From contig CM035357.1 of NCBI GenBank assembly GCA_020137815.1, positions 2,356,001 through 2,420,000 on the forward strand: a stretch of DNA of 64,000 bases. The letters run 5' to 3'. This document shows, in pieces, positions 47,201-59,699 of this stretch (within the stretch, counting starts at the first letter, position 1; the number at the start of each line of letters is the position of its first letter). Both the position numbers and the translations under genes were made by a program. The notes beneath the pieces were generated by a model that was not told where the DNA came from, searched no databases, and worked only from the letters and a program-made list of their open reading frames with translations. Source of the DNA: Hormiphora californensis (taxonomy: Eukaryota > Animalia > Ctenophora).

Positions 47201-50200
47201 AATAGATGCGTGACGTCATGCTCCCAACATAACAAAAGTATCTCAGTGATGGAGGGGTAAATTTTAAGCGGGGGAAAAGCAAAATGCTCAGAGAAATAAT
47301 CTCTACTACCTACAACAACCTTGTCAAATTCTGTGTCGGTCCACTCTCACTTTAATTCCAAAGTTAAATTAACACAGATATCATCTTTCCAAAACAACAG
47401 CCATCTAAGCGGTGCACCGCGGTGTCTGATATTTCAACAGGTGAAAAGTACCGGATTCGCTATAAAACTGTCGTGCATTCGTTAACATTGGTGATGCAGT
47501 CACCCTTACAACTCGCGCGCGTAGCACACCAAAACGAAGCCCGTGTAGCGCCACCAATCGTTAACATATGGTTAATAATAAGGAATCACTACACAATTGT
47601 GTCTAATATATTTTGTCTAATATAACACTGTGTGAAGGGATCGGGAGGACGTGGTGCTTCATTCAATTCACGACCTTCTGACTTCTCTCCCATGGTCCAC
47701 TCATTCTCGATCTCCACCAATGTCAGCGATATTACTTTAAAATTTCGATTACCCAGGCACTTTAGAAGGAGCGGAACAGTAAATTCACTCTAAAATCAAC
47801 AGACACCTGTATTTTACCTCAAACTCACACATGACCGAATCAGGAAATACTGGCCCCTGATTGGCTGATAATCAATCACGTGACCTAAATAACGAGTTCT
47901 GATTGGTTGTTTCGGTTCATGACTGATATTTTGCTACTCTCACACCTGTCTATTCCACCAATCGCTGGCAGCCTGTAGGTATCACGAAATAATGAAATCT
48001 ATCATTTGGCCTCCTGTTATTCTCCTGAATCATCTAAATTGCTCTCTTATCGACCAGCTGGGTGATCAACCGCCCGTGGAAAATGAGTGATCAACCGCCC
48101 ATGGGAAATGAGTTATCACGTGACCATGGAAACTGTTTCTATTTAGTCATTATATAAAGTGGTTGGATTGTTATTTTGTTCTCCAGTATTCCTAAAATGC
48201 TCTGGGCTGCTTTACTACTGGTTGTTTCATGGATACCTTCAACTCAGGGAGCAGGTAAGGATATTATATCTAGACGAGTCATATCTCAGGGTATGATTTC
48301 CCTCCTGCGCTGTACTCTCGCGATATCGTGCACACTACGTCTAGTTCGGGATGGGGAATCCCCACTTGGGATACACCGTGCCCAAGTCATATCTCTGGTT
48401 GAGTAATTGAGGTACATACAGACCTCGATTTACTGTACACTAGTTAATTTAATGGTAAGTAAATTTATTGTATTTCAGGTTGGACAACTGTAGAGCGGAA
48501 TGTGAAGATACCCTGGGACTTGGAAAGAACATCTCTCCAGATAAAGACGAACTCTACAGTGGGTAGTGATGAGATGATCCAGGTGCTGATGTACAAGGAG
48601 AGCGACACTATAGTTAGTGTGATTGTGGAATTCTCCTCCCCAATAATGTATGGGATAAGCTTATGCGTGGGCTACGAAGACCTACCAGTTCAACCCCCGG
48701 TGGAGGTGGATAAGATCTGGACGATTACCAAGACAGAGACTTCCATCTTCATCACATGTAATGGTGTTGAGGTGCTGAACTACCTGTTCGCAGATAGTTC
48801 AGAGGGCGGCTGTGTTACCACGTGGGGTGGTGATATTGTGGAGGAGATCTCGTTTGACAGATATGACACAGCATCTGACTACTACAAAGCAGGTAAGAGT
48901 CTAACGGGGGTTTAGTATTTTATATTGTACCCAAGCTTTCTATATAACATATCACCTAAAATTACACTTAACTCACACCAATTACTATTCCCATAACCAG
49001 TCGAATGTCCTGCATTTACTGTGGAGGGGTCAACACAAGGAAACTGGGCTGCCTCACCACCAGGGACAACTGCCACCATCGAATGCACTGCCGACCATAT
49101 CCTAATTGGAAGCGCAACGCTGACTTGCCAGGAGGATGGATCGTGGTCAAGTGATCTTATACCACAGTGTAATAAAATTGGTATGTTCATTTAATTAATT
49201 ATAATGCCACTTGGCCCTCATCGATTACCAACATATTCAAATAAATCACTAACATTCCCAAAATGCACTCTTACACCCCTTTAGAGAGATTTTGACACAA
49301 TTTTGAGAAGTTTACCCCATAGCTTTTCCATTTCTCAACCAATTTTGAAATAAAATAATACAAAAAAGTGAATGGAGCTCTATTCAAAAAGCTTAAGATT
49401 TTGAAAGTTGCCCAAAAACTCGATCTGCACCCCCTATTGACTTTCCTACCTACTGTCGACTCACGTCAGGTGTACCCTTAATATAGGATTCTATCCGCCA
49501 GATGAACATTGGCTCAAGGTGGAGAAAGGGAAGATTATATATTGGGATCTTGAGACTCTGGGTCTGGAAATCTACGGAAGACTTCTGGAGGAAAACAACA
49601 ACAACAACATCGTCATTGTTACGAATCTGGGTCAACTTAGCCTCACCTTCAACCAAGAAACGAAGCAGAAGGAATTGTTCTTAGAACACTGTGGTAGTAA
49701 AGATTCAACTCAACATTCCACAAGTGCAACGGATTTAATTTGGCGGTTCAACAAGACGAGAGAAGAAGTAAAAGTATGGTACAATAACATTGAAGCACTG
49801 CATTACAATTTTATCAGCGATGCAGCTGATAAGCAAGATATGCCGTCACCCTGTTTCTCAGTTTGGAACAACACCGTGACTGAAATGGTTTTTGTCGTAG
49901 GAGACAATCTTTCCAACTTCTATCGAGCAAGAGGTAAGACTTTGTTTGGGAGCGGATTACGGACGGATGGGTTGATTCCCGACCCCGTAATCCGCCCTGT
50001 TAGAATACGGGTTTATCTCGCCAAATTGGCACAAAATACGATAAATTAGCAAAGGGATAGTTCAAAAATGTGGAAGGCCGTCCAAATTTTTACCGAAGCT
50101 GCGTCGCTTTATTATTCAACAATTAGATTACCAGTTCCTAAAATAATTACTGACCCCAGTGTGTCGACCAATAGTGGATTACAATAGCTTCCCACATTAT

Positions 50201-51866
50201 GATAAAAGTCCGGGGGAAACAGTTTTCGTAGCTCCAAGGTGCGAGGCGAAATGCTTGCCGAGTGGAAATTGGAGTAATAGTTGCATAACAGGTAATGAAT
50301 TATTGTCAGCGGTTGAATAAGCCAAATACAACAAGGTATTGTCTGTTAGGTGTTATGTTAGGATTATAGGTAAAGGTGCAGATTGTAAAACTTTAATAAC
50401 TAATAGGTTGTTTGCATGCAGTAACGCTGGTTCTTATGTCTGCCACATCCAATTAACTCAGATATATCTTAGATGCCTGTAAGCTTGACAGCCCAATGAA
50501 ATATTGTGTTCGAGGGGGGACTAAAACTTACCAACTTTTAAATGGTTAATGGGGATTGGGGAGGGGTCTAAAACTTATCAACTTACCAACTTAAGAACAG
50601 GGATCTCCGATTCGGCCTTTAGCTTCGCTTTGGCACACAGGAGTTTAGTGAATTTAAATATAACGGGAGGGATGGAGGGGGTAGTTAGGCTTAGGGCTGC
50701 GAAGATGGAGCTGAGACACTCGTGAAGCAACATCTTGACATCTGAAGAGGAGAGTTGGAGGGAGACGATCAGAGATAGAGAATTAGTTGGAGAGTTGGAG
50801 AGAGAGAGAGAGGAGAGTTGGAGAGAGACGATCAGAGATGGAGAATTAGTTGGAGAGAGAGAGAAGATCAGAGATAGAGAATTAGGGATTGAGGGAACAG
50901 TGTGTAAATGGAGGGTTAGATCGGCCCGGGTATTGTCAATACCCCCTCCTCTCAATGCCGTATATGGAGAGAAGGGGGGTTGGTGGGATCGGGTGGGTGA
51001 TATGACTTGTGAATTGGGATGGACATTATATAATCGACAGTGAGTATTAGTGGGGCGTGACTAACTCGGAAAAGAGAATGAGAAGTTAGAATTATATTGG
51101 TTGGGGTTGGTTGGGATGGGCAAGCTGTGACTAACTTGGAAAAGAGAATCGTTGTACTTTACAGGAACATGGTAACTCCTCAATGGCCGTCTCTTCCTCA
51201 GTGCTGGGTACCAACTTGGCCTGGTGTATGACCTTCTCTGTGAGCTCTAGGAAGATGGGCTCCAGTGCGGGGAATAGCACCTCACCCAAACACTCCTGAC
51301 AGGGGTGGACACTCTTTTAGTGCGAGATATGTAACTAGAATAGTGAGAGAGAGGTATAAGGTATTCTTTTTTGAACAACAGCATTTTTAACTATCTCGAT
51401 TAACAAGTTTTGTATGAGAGAAGATCGAGCTTTGTATTAATTCTAACTTTCTATACCTGCCACAGGTCCTCGTTTTCTCCAAACTGAAAGTCCGGTTTGC
51501 TGACGGAGTTCCAGATCTCATTTGGGATGAAGGTGGACAGGATAAAGTGACCCCAGGCGGATATGTCGTGCTTACACGAGGATAGGACACGAGATATAGT
51601 CAGGACAATCGAATCTGGGATTAAGATTAGAATAGTTGTGATTGTTTATTGTAGTTGTGATTGTTTATTGTAGACAAAGGGTTTTTATAGTTGTTGAGTA
51701 TATCTTGAGAAAAAAGCGAGGTCTGCTAAAACTTACTGTAATCAAATTTGCTAGTATCCCGGTTATGGTAGAGCTGTGTGAGTTGGCAGATTTTGGCATT
51801 GTTGGCAATAGCCAACATCAAAATATCACTTTTATCTGGCGATCTCTTGTTGAAACACCTGCGTGG

Positions 51867-51936
<70 letters not shown>

Positions 51937-51974
51937 GAGAGTGAGAGAGTGAGAGTGAGAAAGATAGAGAGAGA

Positions 51975-52012
<38 letters not shown>

Positions 52013-53502
52013 TAGAGAAAGATAATAGTTACCTTAAAGGTTGACAAGATACCTAAAACTTTTCGTATATCGTCTTATTTTGATTTATCATTAATTTTCA
52101 GCATTTTTTCAGAATTTTTTGTCGGCCAGAAATATGTGCAAAATAGGGGGTCTACTGACAAATGAGTGTGCCTTTTTAAAAATTGATACTGGAATATCTC
52201 CGGTTCCTGATGAGATACAGAAACCGTTTTGGTAGCGTTGGAAAGGTCTTATTGAGACCAATCCAACGCAACCAAGATCAAGTAGCTATCTTTTGAGGAA
52301 CCGGAAACGTGAATTTCAATTTGCGAGACGCAGTGAGTGTGCCCAGTAAAACCAGTGCTGACAATATCGGTAGACCCCCTATTTTGAATTTTTTTCTAGC
52401 CGACAAAAAATTCTGAAAAAATGCTGAAAATTAATGATAAATCAAAATAAGACGATATATGAAAAGTTTTAGGTATCTTGTCAACCTTTAACAAGATAGA
52501 CAACGATATAATGGTACTAAATCAAATAAGAAGTTACCTAAGAAGATGTATCAGCATGAAGTCCAAATTCTCAACGTTTAGCAGATTAGATAACCACACA
52601 CTAGGGTGATAGGAGATCATGGAACCACTTTGGGGAGTGGGACGGTGTCCGTGGGATAGTTTGGGTGATTCTGTCGTGGAGCTGCTGTTATCGCTCTCTT
52701 TCTCTGGTATTTCTAAAGGGGGAGGTTTAGTAATGATTTGCCTGGTATTTCCTGGTATCTTAATGACCACTACTTGGGCACTATAATTATTATAGTAATT
52801 ACTATTTATTGGTATTGATTTGTTGTTCACTAATTGGCTGTTATAGTTACCAGGAACCGACCGAATTAGGAAATACTGGTCCCTGATTGGCTGATAACCA
52901 GTCACGTGACCAAAATAACGAGTTCTGATTAGTTATTTACTTGTTTCGATCGGTTCCTGATAGTTACCCGGTAAAATGACGCTTTTACAGTACTCCTCCA
53001 GGTTCTTCAGGGGTACTGTCACCACAGAGAGAGCTGCCAGCATTCTGTTTAGGTTAGAGTATATCACCGTCATTTCACCTGTAGATTAATTAATTAGTTA
53101 ATTAATTAGTTAATTATTTATAGGGATTAATTAGTGATCATGGGGCAAATAAGTAAATTTCCCGTTATATTATTTCGGTCAGTCTCTACCGGGCCGAGAA
53201 CACAGGTAACATATATGGGTTACCAATACCAAAATATGGTCATGTAAGGGCCGAGGGGTATCAAGCTACCTCGATATATACCAACCGAATCAGGAAATAC
53301 TGGTCCCTGATTGGCAGTCACGTGACCTAAATAACGAGTTCTGATTGGTTGTTTACTTGTTTCGGTCGGTTCTTGCCAACCTGTACTACGTGGTTCAGTT
53401 ATTTCCGAGACATCTGGTCCAGAAAGGAGGAATACAAAGTTACTGTAGATCATGCAGATTGCCGTGATGTCATACCTGAGTGAGAGAGATCGTGGTGAGT
53501 GA

Positions 53503-53553
<51 letters not shown>

Positions 53554-56500
53554 AGAGAGAGGAAGAGACAGATAGATAACAAACTAGGCGAAAGTATTAA
53601 GTAAAGGTAACTAAATATGGAAGTATGCTGGTAATTGTTCTCCTACAGGTGCGTGACTTTGCGTACTGTGCTTTCTCTCTGCATTAGCTCTCTCTATCTC
53701 TTGGTACAAGAAAGTGCAGTACAGATCGTGGGGGAAAAGTAGCTCTCTTTCTCTCTCCGAGGGGAGAGATGCAGTCACTCCTGCACGATCGGTACGGCAC
53801 TTTCTGAACGACAGCGTGACTCAGTAATAGCAGCGTGTAACACTACAAGAGTCATGTTCTGTACGCTGTTTCTGTAAACACAATGCGTGACTTGTTTTGT
53901 TGAGGGTAGAGACAGGAAATGCGTGACCATATTACAATATTAATGGTGTGATTATAGTTAATTGGGTGTACGAGATAAACAGGGTGTTCCCCAAACCACG
54001 TACCATTCCCTGTGTAAATCATGATCCCTCTAGACCCAGACACCCTTTGTTTTGTTCAGACCCTTGCGGTGAGACAGGGTCACAATAATGATTGGTTCGC
54101 CATACCCAGTACTCAGTGAGTGTTGATAAACCCATGGGCCATGACGAAGGGGTGACGAAGAGGGATCATTTACACAAGTTGGGAATGAAACGTGATTTGG
54201 GGAGTACTACTCACGTGTAGAGTTTCTGATTGGTTCGACTGGGTCGAGCAGCCAGATACCGTCTTGTCAGAAAGGACAGACTCTGTTCCAGGACCGGGAT
54301 TAGGACCAGGGAGGGGGCGGAGTGGTATCTTTGACATTGGTAGTAGAGCTTCCGAAGATGTAGATTGAGAGAGGTTAAACAGTTACTACACTCTTTTATC
54401 TGTGGGAAGGGCTTAGTTTAAACTGCCGTTTTGGTTGCGTGACATGTGTAGTTTAAACCCTGATAAAATCCTACTTAAATCCTGTGTTTTACCTCTGTGG
54501 TATGCTCTCTTGACCAAGTCAATACAGATTCCTCACGCAGTGTAACCTCTGTTATCTGACGTAGTATCACGTGACACGCCTGATCGGTCACGTGACGTAA
54601 CGTGTGCTCAATCACACTCCTGCACGTGCGAAACAGTTTTAGATGGAACAACTCTGACCCTAATGTCAGGCCAATGCTCTGACCGCGGTTTTCTTGATAG
54701 AAATGAGAAATGGGTCTCTGACTGCTCTGGAGCAGCTACTCTGGTACGATATGTAGCTCTTTCTCGTTTTAGGGAGTCAATACCAAATATATATTTACCT
54801 AGTGGTAGTAGAGAGAAGTGGAAGAACTCTATCAATCAGAGCAAGGGTAGAGTGGACGGTGAATAAGATAACAGTTTCCAGGGTACTTGGTACCTTCTCC
54901 ATTACCTGCAACAGGAAGGTACAATACAAACCCACCGACACAAGTAAACAACCAATCAGAACTCGTTATTTAGATCACGTGACTAGTTATCAGCCAATCA
55001 GGGACCAGTATTTCCTGATTCGGTCGGTTCCTAAAATACACCCTCTGATACTGTCTGGCGGCGCTGACCCCATCTGTTGAGAACCAAGACGGGGTCTTGC
55101 AGCGTCAAACAGATCTGCTATGGGGATCTTCATTCTTGCAAAAAGGAACACTGTATTGGTTGGTATTGAAATTATATTCTCTCTAGTCAGTTCTGGGGGT
55201 TGCCATGGAAACAAATGCTTATGTCCTAAATTCCAGGGTATGTCACCATTTTTCAGCCAGGTATATACAGACTCTATACCTGCTCGGCGTGAAGAAGAAT
55301 GGCAGCGACCAGCTCGTTCACTGCGGCGGTTACAACATCACTGAGAGACTCAGAGGGGGTGCTACTATCACTGTCCTCGGATACCTAAACATGAACAGGT
55401 AGTGACTAGTGACAGATTATAGAATTCATATATATCCTCGATGGGGGACATTACCCCGATATGTCGAGAGTTAGTATTCAACGTATTAGCAACTACTTCT
55501 TGAGTTCTGTGTGATAAGAGGGAAACTGGTGTGTTTCAAACCTGGGCCGCAATAAAATCCGCCACATGTCCTAACTTCTTGACAAGACCACAGAATGCCA
55601 CCATCCTCTCGATTATGGGGTGAAGGGATCTGGAGATGGGGCACGCCTTACAGAGGTCGCACGTGCAGTCTGAATTGGGCTCCCACATTTCTCCGTTGTA
55701 TTCCGCTGTGAGGAAAAGGGTTTGTTTTAAAATCTAAACTCATTATAAACTCAGCTAGGCTATTTCTGTGGAAAAAGTGGAACAAATGTGTCAACGAGTC
55801 TATTACACATAGAGTAATTGGTCACCGATTGACTAGACTATAACTCTCCGGGGAAAAGGTACTAGCCCGGTAAGTCTGGTCTCATCTGGGTCCAAATTAG
55901 GAACCGACCGACACAAGTAAACAACCAATCAGAACTCGTTATTTAGGTCACGTGACTGGTTATCAGCCAATCAGGGATCAGTATTTCCTGATTCGGTAGG
56001 TAAGTCTCATCTTGGTCCAAATGTACCTAGAATGGTGGTCAATGTGTCCTCCTTGAAATTGTTAACCATCTCACACAATAGGTCAATATATGGTGCAAAC
56101 AGTTCCACTCGCCAATTCCATATCACCTCTCCTGTGTCTTCCTCCTAGAGAGACAGTTTTGGAGGGGTGTTAGAGAGTTTTGGAGGGGTGTTATAGAGAG
56201 TTTTGGAGGGGGAGGGAGTGTTTTGGAGGGGCTTTAGAGTGTTTTGGAGGGGCTTTAGAGTGTTTTTATTTGGAGAGTTTTGTAGAATTTTAGATAACTA
56301 GAGTTTAGTGGAGTTCTGTTGCGTCGCTTGACACTGTTCCCGTGCTTTAGAATAAAAAGAATGTATGAACAATTCAAGAGTTCTGGAGAAAATAATAAGG
56401 AACATGCGATGCGAATATAATTCTAATCACCAGCTGAATTGGTTGGAGAAGGGAACACCCTGCATATCTAGTCAGCAGATACTCCACTTTGAGCTCCATT

Positions 56501-59078
56501 TGGTAGCAACCCTCCACCAGCTCAACTACATACTTTCCTGGAATTTTACATTTGTTAGATAGACACATATTATCTGGGATTTTAGTGTGTTAGATGTTAG
56601 ATCCAGACACATGTTACCGTAACATTTGTTTCACATTTTCACACATGTTTCATGTTTGTACAACTGTTTGTCTGGTCTGTTATCAGACAGACAAAACGAC
56701 AGACAGACATGTCTGTTATCCAGCAACACATACCAAGCAGATTTGAAGAGTGAAGTTGATTGCAGGTTGCTTCCAGCTCCTTAGTAAGTCGAGCCAGGTA
56801 CACAATTCTAACAAGAAGGTTTGGTTCCCCAATGGTAGCGAACACTCCACTAAATATCACACTCAGATCGCTCAGAATCATGGTTTCCGTGGTTTTTATC
56901 AGGACCCGGGCACGCTCGACCAGGACAGCCAGGTCGGAGGTGGCGGTAATGGAGGGAAGAGCGGCACTTAGCTTGTTTTGTCGCACCTGAAGAGCGAGAT
57001 AATATGTGTAGTCGGACCCAGGAAAATATCATATGGTCCGAGTGTTTAGCGGGGCTAGTTATCAGCCAATCAGGGACCAGTATTTCCTGATTCGGTCGGT
57101 TCCTGCTAATAATTATACTCCAGGGAGGGGGGCTAAATTTCTACTCGAGGAGGGTTTCTACTCACGGTGTGAAATTGTCCCAGTAGGAGGGTCGGGCTCA
57201 GTAGATAGGAGAGGCAGACCAGGACATGGGTTACGTCATGTTCATTCGATACAACCGTCAACCTCTCACTGTAGTGCCTCGCTAACCTACTGTACACCTT
57301 AGGAAATAGGGTGAGTGAGATAGGGAAGACACAAATAAAGACAGGGTGAGATAAGGGCACTGAGAGGGGAGGGAAGAGACAAACTATGACCCACTCCATC
57401 CCCCCCCCCCCTTACCAGTGCAAGTGAGTCCTGGTCCTCGCCCCCTGCCCCACTGCCCCTGGGCAGTGTCGACAGTGTACTACTAAGGGTACTCTCCCGT
57501 GGCGGTACTGCCGGGGGAGGGGGCAGGACAAATCCATGACTTTGGGAGATGATGAGAAGTTGTCTAAAAACCGCCTCTGGAGATCTCCCTCCACGGAGCT
57601 GTTTTAACTGGGGAGGATAGAATGATGTTAAAACGAGACAGAACGATATAATTTTGAGTGCACTCGCAGGGCCAGACAAGGCTGACAGCGCCGGCCCGAT
57701 CTGAGCACACAGATTTGAGGAGGGGTCTGGCGCCGCATTTGCCTTACGGAGTGGGGGTACTGGGAAAGTAAAATTGTACTCACCAGGTTCCGATACCATT
57801 TCTCTGCCTTGGCTCTATCGGGGGTACACACCACAGGTCCCGCTATTTCAGCCTCCGTAACCGCCGGGGCTGAACACCACACATCGTTCAATCTGTGGGG
57901 AGAGAGAAAGAGAGGTGAATATACTCTAAAAACTAAGATCAATTAGCTATTTTAGGAGGATTCTGTCTTTTTGTATTTGTCTCTGTTTTACAATTAATCA
58001 AGTCTGTCTTTAACAATTGTTAATGGTGTCAATTATAGAGTTCCCTGTAACTCACAGATCACTGGTGTATTGAATACGAAGATCAAGTGCTTTTAGAGTT
58101 TCCCGGATCACATTACATTCCTTACTTTCCACGCACTTTTGAACACAGTTCTGCATGCTAGAGATAAGGGATCAAATTGTAACGTAGAATTAATCTGGTG
58201 AAAAAGGCATTGGTAATGAGAACCGGGAGTTGGGAGAGCCGAAGGTTGGGGTTTTAGGGTCAGGAGAAAAAGAAAGCAGAAACCAGGTTAACAAGGTTAA
58301 ATAATGTCATACAATAAATACTCTGTATAAAAATGGTACACTATTATACATTTAAAATACAAACTTTCTCCCTCAGTGATACTTTGAGAGGACCGACTGA
58401 GAGGGTCCAGTACTTCCCAAATCCCTCTAAAACACACCCATTCCCCTCAGCTGCCTGTTCAGAAAGTGCCGGGTGTCCCTTATCTCCGGTTTCCCTCCCC
58501 CAGCAGCACCTCCTAAATGGGGCGGCTCCACCTTTACCACCACCCTGGGTCGTGGTTCTACCTCCCCTAACTCCATCTTGGGTCGGATGGACACAGGGGC
58601 AGCAGGGAGCTCCGTTCTTGGGAGAGGGGTGTCCGTGTCTAGTCCGGGGAGGGAGGAGAACACTGGGCCGGATACGGGGTCCAGGGTAGTTGGGTTTAAT
58701 TGGGTGTCCAGGTAGGACAGCTTGGATTGGAGGGAGGATTTCTCGGCTGTGGTGGCGTGGAGGGATGCTTGGAGGGATTTTGTGCTGTTCAACATTGCTC
58801 CATCTGAAAATAAAATTAGCATTTGGGATATTATAACAATCCGAAACAAGATCCATCGACCCAGTGGGGTTCCCATGGTGACATACGGGGTACGTCACCA
58901 TGGCAACCCCACTGACTCAGTGGTAAACAATTCTCTACCATGATTTATCCCAGTTTCAACCTGTTTTTGGGTTGGGTCTCTTCTTCAAGGGTGACAGATG
59001 GAGGGACTCTTCCCCTCCCAGGAAACTCTGAAGAGGAGTAGGAACGGGGACTGTCGGAGGTTGTAGCTCGTCAGCCAT
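41280..59078 (-). CDS. Large multi-exon gene, KIAA0825 / DUF4495-like
   Basis: More than 20 GT-AG exons from ATG 59078 (MADELQPP...) to TAA 41280. VLEQSLSFLTRRYLAARPSR..YDITAIC, NRMLAALSVVTVPLKNL and PSIPPVIFKF resemble, from memory, KIAA0825 (VLEKSLSLLASRYARAHPSR..LDVTTIL). The exon ending 50587 (phase 0) joins in frame to the exon starting 42758. Some junctions are unresolved and there is a probable indel at about 41602. Confidence 0.55.
43499..44944 (+). CDS. Secreted F-type lectin/discoidin-like (galactose-binding fold) protein, nested antisense
   Basis: Exons 43499-43598 (signal-like CVLLFVAVINQAVFG), 43677-43818 (YPATNSIDQDLKT..W), 44047-44222, 44344-44546 (CGTL..IYSLDC.GAVGDRVKL..EIVVCELVV), 44820-44944 (uncertain). 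One indel near 44470. Confidence 0.6.
45464..45697. mobile_element. Inverted-repeat (foldback/composite MITE-like) structure enclosing the SL relic
   Basis: 45464-45534 is the reverse complement of 45619-45697 (ATGAGGAAG..CTGTACGAAATGAGTAGACGGGGTT..ATTGTAGAAGAA), with a few mismatches and a small internal duplication. Confidence 0.8.
45544..45585 (+). other. Ctenophore-type spliced-leader exon sequence without downstream GT donor (SL relic)
   Basis: TTTCAAACTTTTCAACACTACAATTAAACAAATTAATTTGAG closely matches the Pleurobrachia-type SL as I recall it (...TTTCAAACTTTTCAACACTACTTTAAACAAATTAATTTGAG). It is followed by CCTG-ATG rather than GT. Confidence 0.75.
46036..46802 (+). CDS. Secreted F-type lectin (FTP/fucolectin-like fold) protein, nested antisense; 3' end unresolved
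   Basis: Signal peptide MFLLVLLATAAAA; AIDRDNGTFYHS, VKQVVILNR..DRILGTEV, CGTI, YTLTC, MNIAEVWVFG. Exons 46036-46265 and 46531-46802; possible last exon 47441-47625. Confidence 0.75.
46985..47351. mobile_element. Palindromic MITE with TTAA TSD (Kolobok-like AG...CT termini)
   Basis: TTAA|AGTGAGAGTGGACCGACACAGAATT ... AATTCTGTGTCGGTCCACTCTCACT|TTAA; arms complementary over about 160 bp. Confidence 0.85.
48197..50291 (+). CDS. Secreted protein: [lineage-specific IPWDLE domain + Sushi/CCP] x2, nested antisense; 3' end uncertain
   Basis: Phase-1 exons 48197-48254 (signal peptide), 48479-48892 (WTTVERNVKIPWDLE..LQIKT..IWTITKT..CNGVEVLNY..DTASDYY), 49001-49180 (CP..GTTATIEC..LIGSATLTCQEDGSWS..PQC), 49487-49933 (divergent repeat of the first domain), 50160-50291 (degenerate CCP). 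Confidence 0.8.
52038..52487. mobile_element. MITE with TTAA TSD (Kolobok-like)
   Basis: TTAA|AGGTTGACAAGATACCTAAAACTTTTC ... GAAAAGTTTTAGGTATCTTGTCAACCT|TTAA; TIRs about 95 bp. Confidence 0.85.
52851..52959. mobile_element. 109-bp hAT-type MITE carrying CCAAT-GTCACGTGAC-CCAAT
   Basis: TIR CAGGAACCGA...TCGGTTCCTG with a perfect 8-bp TSD ATAGTTAC (52843-50, 52960-67). Further full or partial copies at about 47834-47918, 53283-53375, 54930-55033, 55898-55998 and 57055-57104. Confidence 0.88.
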
Positions 59079-59699
59079 GATAGTGCTAATAATTGTACGT
59101 GGTTAGAAGTGTGGTTTAGATGTGGTTTAGATGTGGTTTAGCGGGTTAGGTGGGGTTTATAATAGGGTTAGAAGTGGTTGAAGGAGGGTTGACGGAGAGA
59201 TGAAAAAGAAAGATATCACCCAGGAAGATACTCTTCAAATTAAATTCACACAGATATCTCACTGCACTTGATAACTCTCGAGTCTCACACACAATTAGCT
59301 GCAGACAGTTTCAGATATATATATATCCTTCAGATAATATCTGAGATATATATCCTTCAGATATATATCCTTCAGATACTATCTGAGATATGATGAGCTG
59401 TCGTTAGAAAATAATAATTATGAAATACACCATCATTATATGTTATCAATCTCATATTATTTCGTTGAGTATAACCCCTTACTCAACAAATATTGTTCGT
59501 TTATTTTTCCGTCCTTCCACCCTGACTGACAACACAATCATCAGGATCCATTATCGATTGAATACCCTTTATTGCAACGTCTCGAGAGACAAGAGGGCCA
59601 GTGTATCAGCTCAACACAACGTAAAACTCTCACAAACAAGTTCTCAAACTGAACTTCCACACTCACACTCCAGTGTGATTTGAGTAGCTCCCCATTACC

